DNA of 64,000 nt from Callorhinchus milii (Eukaryota). The position numbers and the translations under genes are program-made. The DNA is taken from NCBI RefSeq assembly GCF_018977255.1, contig NW_024704743.1, positions 95,792,001 through 95,856,000 on the forward strand, read 5' to 3'. The notes under the pieces were generated by a model. It saw only the letters and a list, made by a program, of their open reading frames with translations. It did no database searches and was not told the origin of the DNA. Shown here one piece after another: positions 58,901-64,000 of this stretch (its first letter is position 1; every line of letters begins with the position of its first letter).

Positions 58901-61900
58901 CCCTCAAGAAAAAAATTGGTCACTTCAATCCACGACTGTTTGTAGGATACTGCTGTGCACAATTTAGCTGCCGCATTTCGCCCACAAATATACAGTCAAT
59001 TCACTTTACAATATATTCTGTGAAGTGCTTTGAGACGTCTAGAAAACATGAAAAGCGCTATATCAAATGCAAGGATTATTATTATTATTAGATTGATTTC
59101 ACAAGATCACAAGATTGGACTGGATGAAGAAAGCCTTTCGGCCCATCCAATCTCATCCCTCCAGAACACCCACCCTACCATCCTCCCATCACACCATCAA
59201 GCTGCTTTTTAACTGTATCCAATGACTTTTCCTCTACTACCTTTCCTGGCAACCTGTTCCAGTCGTTGATTACCCTTTGAATAAAGAAAAACTTCCTAGT
59301 ATCTGCCTGACGTTACCCTTTACAACTCTAAACCGATGTCCTCTTGTTCTTCAGTCATGTTGCAAACCAATATTTGAATCTGGGTTCACTTTGACATTTC
59401 GGATGTCAGGATTAAGCCACTATCTACTACCACTATCAGCCTGGCTCAGATGTAACACTCTTGCCTCTGAGTCAGAAAGTTGTGGGTTCAAGTCCCATGT
59501 AGGGAATTGAACTCACATAGTCTGAGCAGACACTCCAGTGCAGTGTTGGAGATGTGCTATATTGTTGGAGATGATGTCCTTTGGATAATACATTAAACCG
59601 AGTTCCCATCTGCCTGTTCGGGTAGACTCACATAATCTAAGTGGATGTTAAAGATACCATTGATGGTTCCAAAAAGAAGGGAGATTCTCCCAGTGTCCTG
59701 GCAACAGCATGTCATCATTCACTTCATGGATTTTGTTGACATTGCTGTCCGTGAACTGGCAGCCTCCAGTTCCTAAACCCCTAACCTCTGGAACTTCCTC
59801 CCCCATCATTCTGTCTTGCTTCCTATTTTTCTATCTTTAAGTCCCATGTCAAACCCAACATTTTCGAATGCATCTATACCCTCTCACCCATCCTCCCCTC
59901 TCCTTTGCTTGGCATCCAACCCCATTCCTGTAAAGCACTCCCGAGACATTACCCTAAATCAAGGTGCTATATAAATCAAGCTATTATTCTTCAAGATCCT
60001 CACACTCATGTTCAAATCCATTCACTCCCTGGCACCTTCCTAACTCTCTGACCTCCTCACTCCCCAATCTCCCACTCAGCGCCTCCTCTCAACTCGCACC
60101 AGCCTCCAGCTTGTCCATCGCACCCTCCACTCCACCATTGGAGGTCGCGCTTTCAGCCACTACGTCCCGAAACTCTGGAACACTCTCCCTCAATCCCTCC
60201 GCCTTGCCCCCTCTCTCCCCTTTTTCAAGTCCCGCCTGAAAACCTTCCTTTTTGACCAGGTTTAAGGTCACTTCCATTCTCCCTCCATTCTCATTGCAGG
60301 CTCAGAGTCAGGCTCTGCCATTGTTAAGTACTCTGAGACGCTACCCTGCAGGCACTATACAAATGCAAGTTGTTGTTGCTGTTGTTATTGATTATTCCTC
60401 CTAACACTTCACTTATCTTTTCTTTCACCTGGTAAAATCCTAACTAAAAGTACAAAGAGGTTGTGAGATACTGCATTATTTTAAAACACAAAAGCAGAGA
60501 CCAGTGCAAAAATACAATGTCAAAATCATCTGGAGTGTGGCTTGTTAATGCTAAAAAGGATCCCTGCAGTGGTGAGAGACGAATGAGGAAATTCCGTCCT
60601 ATTTAAAACCACAAGTGACTTGAACAGGCACGTACCAACATAATGACGAAAACCAACATTATCGCAGATGTTCTCAATTGCGTTTATTTAAAAGAAAGGT
60701 TATAATTTGCGACTAAAATGGAAATAGCTTGGCAATGATATTTTTGATTAAAATCGATGTTTGTAGATTTCAAAACTGAGGGTTTATTTAATGTAGACTG
60801 CAAATTGATCTTTCGTTACGAAAAATATTCACAATGTTTAGCATTAGATTCAATGTGTTTACCTCAGAAACATAATTTTAGAATTTTCATTAAGTAATTG
60901 ATTTTTAATTAGAAAGTGATAGTTTTATGTGTGGGTTAGAACCATTGCTTACTAATATGCATCAAGCTGCTGATCTCTACTGTGATGAAGCAATCAATTA
61001 GAAAAGTGGATAGTGAGAGAGAGACACACATATCCACAAAGGAAGAGGAGGAGAGACACAGAGAGGGAGAGAGAGAGATAAAGGCAGGAAGGCATTCTGT
61101 CTCACTTTCTCACCATTTCCCGTCCTCTCTCTGTTTGTCTCCCTCTTTTCTCTCTCCCTGTGTTTGTCTTCCTCTCTCTATCTCCCATTTCTTCACTCTG
61201 TCTCCTTCCTCCCTCCCTCCATCCCTCCATTTCTCTTTCCCACCCACTGTGTTTATAGTCACTCTGATGAAATCACTTCCTATGTAGGGTAAGGTTGGAG
61301 GAACTTTTTGAAAAAAAATCTTTAAAGCAATCGTTTTAAAACGTACTTTGGGGAGTTTTTTTTAAATAGGACACACATAGATTTATAATACAAACTTACC
61401 CTAATATAAGGCAGGAAGAAATGTATTTTCCACTATTTAAAAACAAGCTCAATGTAATGGAAAGAAGCTTTTTTGGGAGTCAGCCGGGTGTGTGGCACCT
61501 GTGGAAACCCATTCCATGCTTAAGAGTATTCAAACCAAGCTGAGATTTCCATGCATCCCACCTACACATGGAAATCCCAGAGATAGATAGAATAGAATGC
61601 GCACTCTCTCCTTGGAGGAATGAATGCTGCTAACCTAATTCTGGAAAGTATTACATACAGGTTGGCAAGAGCCAAGGCTTCGTGACCCCAGAATGTGCAT
61701 TGGGGTACTACTGGAGTCTAACCAGCTAAAACCGCAAAGCTTGCCATTGATATTGCTGTCCGGCAAGCTTTCCCACTGCTTGTCCAGCTAGGAACACCCT
61801 ACCCAATAGGGCTTTGGCTTTCAGGGTTAACAGGAGCTGAGTGGGTTGACTCCCTGCCCCAGTAACTGGTCTGCCCTTCCAGGTACTGCCAATGAGCCAG

Positions 61901-63029
61901 GCTGGCTGTGCTGTCATCAGAAGTGCCCTGGAATACTGCAAACTCTCTTGGCTCAGGAACCGGACTACCGATACCGCCACAGAGGGCTGGCTCGATACTG
62001 ACATTCCATTGCTAGGTGTCACCACGGAGTCAGTTCAGCTCCAATGAGACCTCACTTACCTCCCCCCAAGCAAGCATGGAATAATCAAATCAGATAGCCC
62101 TACTCATTAGGGCTTTGACTCAGCGTTAGCAGAAGATGCATGAGAAGAATCATGCTTCTAATGACCCTCCAAGTCCTGCCGATGAGCCAGCCTGGCTAGT
62201 CTATCACCAGTAGTGCACAAATTCTCTCTCACAACAATTGATACTGCAGACCTGCCTAACTCAGGAACAAGACTACCAAGACTACAACAGAGGATTGACT
62301 CAATTCCGACATTCCATTGCCAAGCATGTCACCTTGGAGCTAGTTTGGCACAAGTATACAATCACTGCATTTGACATCAATTATCTGTGACCCCACTTAC
62401 CTCCCAATCTAGATTACCAATCCTATCACCTTTCCATCACAGCATCTAGTTGTTATTCAAATGAGTCCAGTATCCTGGCCACAACCACCCTTCCTTGTAA
62501 ACCATACCTGTTGTTGATTACACACTTTGCAAATAAATATTTTCTGGTGTCTGTTCTAAACAACTGGACTGCACTTACAAGGTTTCACTTCATACGCCTA
62601 ATTTGACCTAGATTTGGACTTCCAGTATAAAAAATCAAATAGACTAGACCTGGATCATTTGAGATGAATTCAGATATGAAGTACCACCATCACTCTATGT
62701 ATTAGGTAACTGAAAAATCCAGGGCAAAGACCTGCTGCCTTATCCTTTGGAGTCAATAGCCAAACTAAGCAGATGGAGCCTGTGGTACCATACACAATAA
62801 GCACAATATTGACAAGTCTCATAGTTCCAAGGTCCTACCTTCACAATGGTTCTGGGATGAGGTCCAGGAGAATGTTCAACGATATTTACTCGCTTAGGAT
62901 CCTGCCACAAATTCTCCTTCACAATAATTGATACTGCGGTCGTGCCGTCCAGAAATGGTGGGGCTGAATCCTTTACTTTAATTAGCAGCTCATATTTTTG
63001 TTCATCTTCAGGATTGAGCTGCTTGGTGC
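43800..63029 (-). CDS. CDH17: Cadherin-17 (LI-cadherin), multi-exon, 5'-incomplete (12 coding exons in window)
   Basis: Spliced translation gives cadherin repeats ([30 protein letters not shown]), a TM helix and a ~30-aa tail. Segments [38 protein letters not shown] and ILAVVFIR match CDH17 as I recall it better than CDH16. All introns are GT-AG and phases chain without frameshift. Confidence 0.93.
44080..44456 (-). mobile_element. Deu SINE (SacSINE1-like) in the last CDH17 intron
   Basis: gcggcagctgccaattgcgcacaacaatgtcccacaaac Deu core; head gtgctaccatctgagccaggttgac. Confidence 0.8.
44775..44888 (-). CDS. CDH17: CDH17 exon (114 nt), juxtamembrane cysteines and start of TM helix
   Basis: cctcag|TA..ATAG|gtaggt; (I)[37 protein letters not shown](G). 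Confidence 0.93.
44990..45165 (+). mobile_element. LF-SINE-like remnant
   Basis: cccctgtaggacctggttttgaatgcaacctag..gtgacatgggttagg.tagtctcaatccaattcc resembles the LF-SINE 5' half from memory; unverified. Confidence 0.45.
45850..46327 (-). mobile_element. Full-length Deu SINE (SacSINE1-like)
   Basis: (TAA)n tail at 45850, Deu core, head agtgctaccactgagtcaggctgac. Confidence 0.85.
46333..46659 (-). mobile_element. Young full-length tRNA-Ala-derived Deu SINE, short subtype (one N at 46532)
   Basis: Minus-strand head gtcctgtagttcagtggttagagcactcgctttgcaagcgagagacctgggttcgattcc. Confidence 0.92.
47004..47120 (-). CDS. CDH17: CDH17 exon (117 nt), EC7
   Basis: tcacag|GA..CAAA|gtaaat; [38 protein letters not shown]. 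Confidence 0.91.
47353..47580 (-). CDS. CDH17: CDH17 exon (228 nt), EC6/EC7
   Basis: tcacag|GT..AATG|gtaagt; [75 protein letters not shown](G). Confidence 0.93.
48040..48450 (-). mobile_element. Older Deu SINE
   Basis: ctgaaggacagcacctctgataatgaagcacattccccagcactgcattggagtgtcagcct motif. Confidence 0.75.
48926..49056 (-). CDS. CDH17: CDH17 exon (131 nt), EC6
   Basis: aattag|T..CAAG|gtaaaa; (S)[43 protein letters not shown](G). Confidence 0.93.
49115..49500 (-). mobile_element. Older Deu SINE
   Basis: catctaaacaggcagacggtacctcaatttaatatctcatccaaag..gtactgcactggaatgtcagtctaga. Confidence 0.75.
51186..51424 (-). CDS. CDH17: CDH17 exon (239 nt), EC5/EC6
   Basis: ctgcag|CCA..GAG|gtactg; [79 protein letters not shown]. 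Confidence 0.92.
52005..52111 (+). mobile_element. 3'-terminal fragment of the unclassified LINE family
   Basis: tctcagtctggtttg..cttaagcttggtgatgggtttccatgtgtgg..cagctgacc followed by A6. Confidence 0.7.
52722..52913 (-). CDS. CDH17: CDH17 exon (192 nt), EC5
   Basis: gcacag|TAT..AAG|gtaatg; [64 protein letters not shown]. Confidence 0.93.
53876..53952 (-). CDS. CDH17: CDH17 exon (77 nt), EC4/EC5 linker
   Basis: ttctag|AG..GAG|gtaagt; (E)[25 protein letters not shown]. Confidence 0.93.
54960..55570 (-). mobile_element. Old CR1 LINE 3' region directly downstream of a CDH17 exon
   Basis: [12 protein letters not shown] (RPHLEYCVQF-like) and [24 protein letters not shown] motifs. Confidence 0.8.
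55619..55849 (-). CDS. CDH17: CDH17 exon (231 nt), EC4
   Basis: tttcag|GA..GAAG|gtatta; [76 protein letters not shown]. Confidence 0.9.
56620..57016 (-). mobile_element. tRNA-derived Deu SINE, long subtype, with an oppositely oriented L2 tail at 56736-56795
   Basis: SINE head and tail plus extra segment 56867-56929; insert cgctttgggacgtcctcctgacgtgaaaggcgctctataaatgtaattttgttgttgttg. Confidence 0.85.
57708..57812 (+). mobile_element. 3'-terminal fragment of the unclassified LINE family
   Basis: catggaactctcagtctggtttggatacttttaagtgtggtgatgggtttc..cacccagctgacc. Confidence 0.7.
57852..57996 (-). CDS. CDH17: CDH17 exon (145 nt), EC3/EC4 linker
   Basis: gtttag|TAT..CTAG|gtgagc; [48 protein letters not shown](G). 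Confidence 0.93.
58407..58541 (-). CDS. CDH17: CDH17 exon (135 nt), EC3
   Basis: atccag|GTG..GAG|gtaaag; [45 protein letters not shown]. Confidence 0.93.
58885..59090 (+). mobile_element. 5'-truncated young Deu SINE
   Basis: Matches 30045-30249 including the (ATT)n tail. Confidence 0.85.
59435..59765 (+). mobile_element. Deu SINE (SacSINE1-like)
   Basis: cagcctggctcag..cactcttgcctctgagtcagaaagttgtgggttcaagtccca head. Confidence 0.82.
59990..60386 (+). mobile_element. L2 LINE 3' fragment
   Basis: ttcaagatcctcacactcatgttcaaatcc..ctctggaac..aaatgcaagttgttgttg. Confidence 0.82.
61469..62405 (-). mobile_element. Unclassified LINE family: 3' ~600 bp (61469-62068) plus a second partial copy (62160-62405)
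   Basis: Colinear homology with 18860-19292; T6 at 61469 is an A-tail on the minus strand; 62160-62345 repeats 61875-62040. Confidence 0.72.
62839..63029 (-). CDS. CDH17: CDH17 exon (191 nt), end of EC2 to start of EC3
   Basis: ttttacag|GC..GTGAAG|gtagga; (G)[63 protein letters not shown]. Confidence 0.92.
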
Positions 63030-63317
63030 CTGTAAAAGAGTTTTACACAAGTTATTCTTGCAATGTTTTGATACAGTTACTGAATCCTGTAGGCAAATGC
63101 ATCATGAAAGAGTAATATTACCCTCATATTTGCTAAAGCACCTATAACATTGAACCTTCTCAAGGTGCTTCACAGATAATTGTTGTCAAATGCAATGACT
63201 GTATACTTGTAGGCAAATACATCCACCAATTTTCACATAGCAATGTTTCACAACATCTCTGAAGGATTCTTGGCCAGGATAACAACAGAAATTCCAGTAT
63301 TTTTTTGAATGGTATTA

Positions 63318-63611
63318 ACAATAATAATAATACTAATCCTTGAATTTGATATGGCGCTTTTCACGTCTTTAGAGTCTCAAAATGCTTCACACAATATACT
63401 GTAAAGTGAATTGACTGCATTTTTGTGAGCGAAATGCGGTAGCCAATTGTGTACGGCGGTGTCCCACAAACAGTTGTAGATTGAAGTGACCTAATTATTA
63501 TTATTATCAGGCGTGTGGAGTAAGGAAACTTGCCTAAGCTTTCACCCTGCCGGGAATTGAACCAGGATCTCTCGCTTGTTAGGCGAGTGCTCTAACCATG
63601 GAGCTACAGGA
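63318..63611 (-). mobile_element. Full-length tRNA-derived Deu SINE, short subtype
   Basis: Same structure as 21188-21478. Confidence 0.88.
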
Positions 63612-63614
63612 TTG

Positions 63615-64000
63615 CAATAATCCTTGTATTTGATATAGTGCCTTATCACATCGTCAAGGCATCTCAAATTGCTTCACAGGATACACTGTAAAGTGGGTGA
63701 CTGTGCGTATTTTGTGGGCAAATGAGGCAGCCAATTTTGTGGACAGCAATGTCCTACAAACAGTCATGAAGTGAATGACCAATTTTATTTGGCAGATTGT
63801 TAGCTATAACGTCGGGAGAGACTCCCTTCTCTTTTTGAATAGTGCCATGGGATCTTTAACATCCACCTGAATAGGCAGACGGTACCTTGGTTTAACGTAA
63901 CTTCCTAATGTCGGCACCTTCAACAATGCATTCCAGCACTGACTGCATTGGACTGTCAGCATAGACTATATGGGTTCCAAGTTTATAGCTTGAACCCACA
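63615..64000 (-). mobile_element. Deu SINE (SacSINE1-like), runs off the window edge
   Basis: Tail at 63615, Deu core, gtgccatgggatctttaacatccacctga, cttgaacccaca. Confidence 0.82.

Noticed and set aside
61010..61245. GA-rich tract followed by CT-rich tract as a structured RNA
   Set aside because: Low-complexity sequence; the complementarity is explained by composition.
43800..63029. Assignment as CDH16 or a classical cadherin
   Set aside because: The short tail excludes classical cadherins, and the diagnostic segments resemble CDH17 more than CDH16 as I recall them.

Overview
Eukaryotic (vertebrate) genomic DNA. The repeat content suggests a cartilaginous fish, probably a chimaera: tRNA-headed Deu-domain SINEs, L2 LINEs with (TTG)n tails, and CR1 LINEs with ATTCTATG/TTCTTATG tails. 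That assignment is inference. The only protein-coding gene I can support is a 7-domain cadherin, CDH17 (LI-cadherin), on the minus strand. I reconstructed 12 coding exons by hand (63029 down to the stop at 43800). All have AG/GT boundaries and consistent phases, and they total 1919 nt (about 639 aa). They run from the end of EC2 through EC7, the TM helix and a short cytoplasmic tail. The 5' exons lie beyond the right edge of the window. Positions 1-43 kb are intergenic and dominated by nested retroelements, and nearly all long ORFs in the supplied track are LINE fragments or their antisense shadows. I found no prokaryotic-type system, CRISPR array or new gene. The most notable signals are small-scale. 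They are a telomeric-repeat insertion flanked by a 14-bp duplication, two apparent templated insertions (one copied from a CDH17 exon), two independent L2-into-L2 insertions at the same site, and an old non-L2/non-CR1 LINE family with seven fragments. A local ~340-bp duplication and a SINE-head/L2 chimera are also present. Repeat family names come from remembered consensus motifs, and repeat boundaries are approximate.
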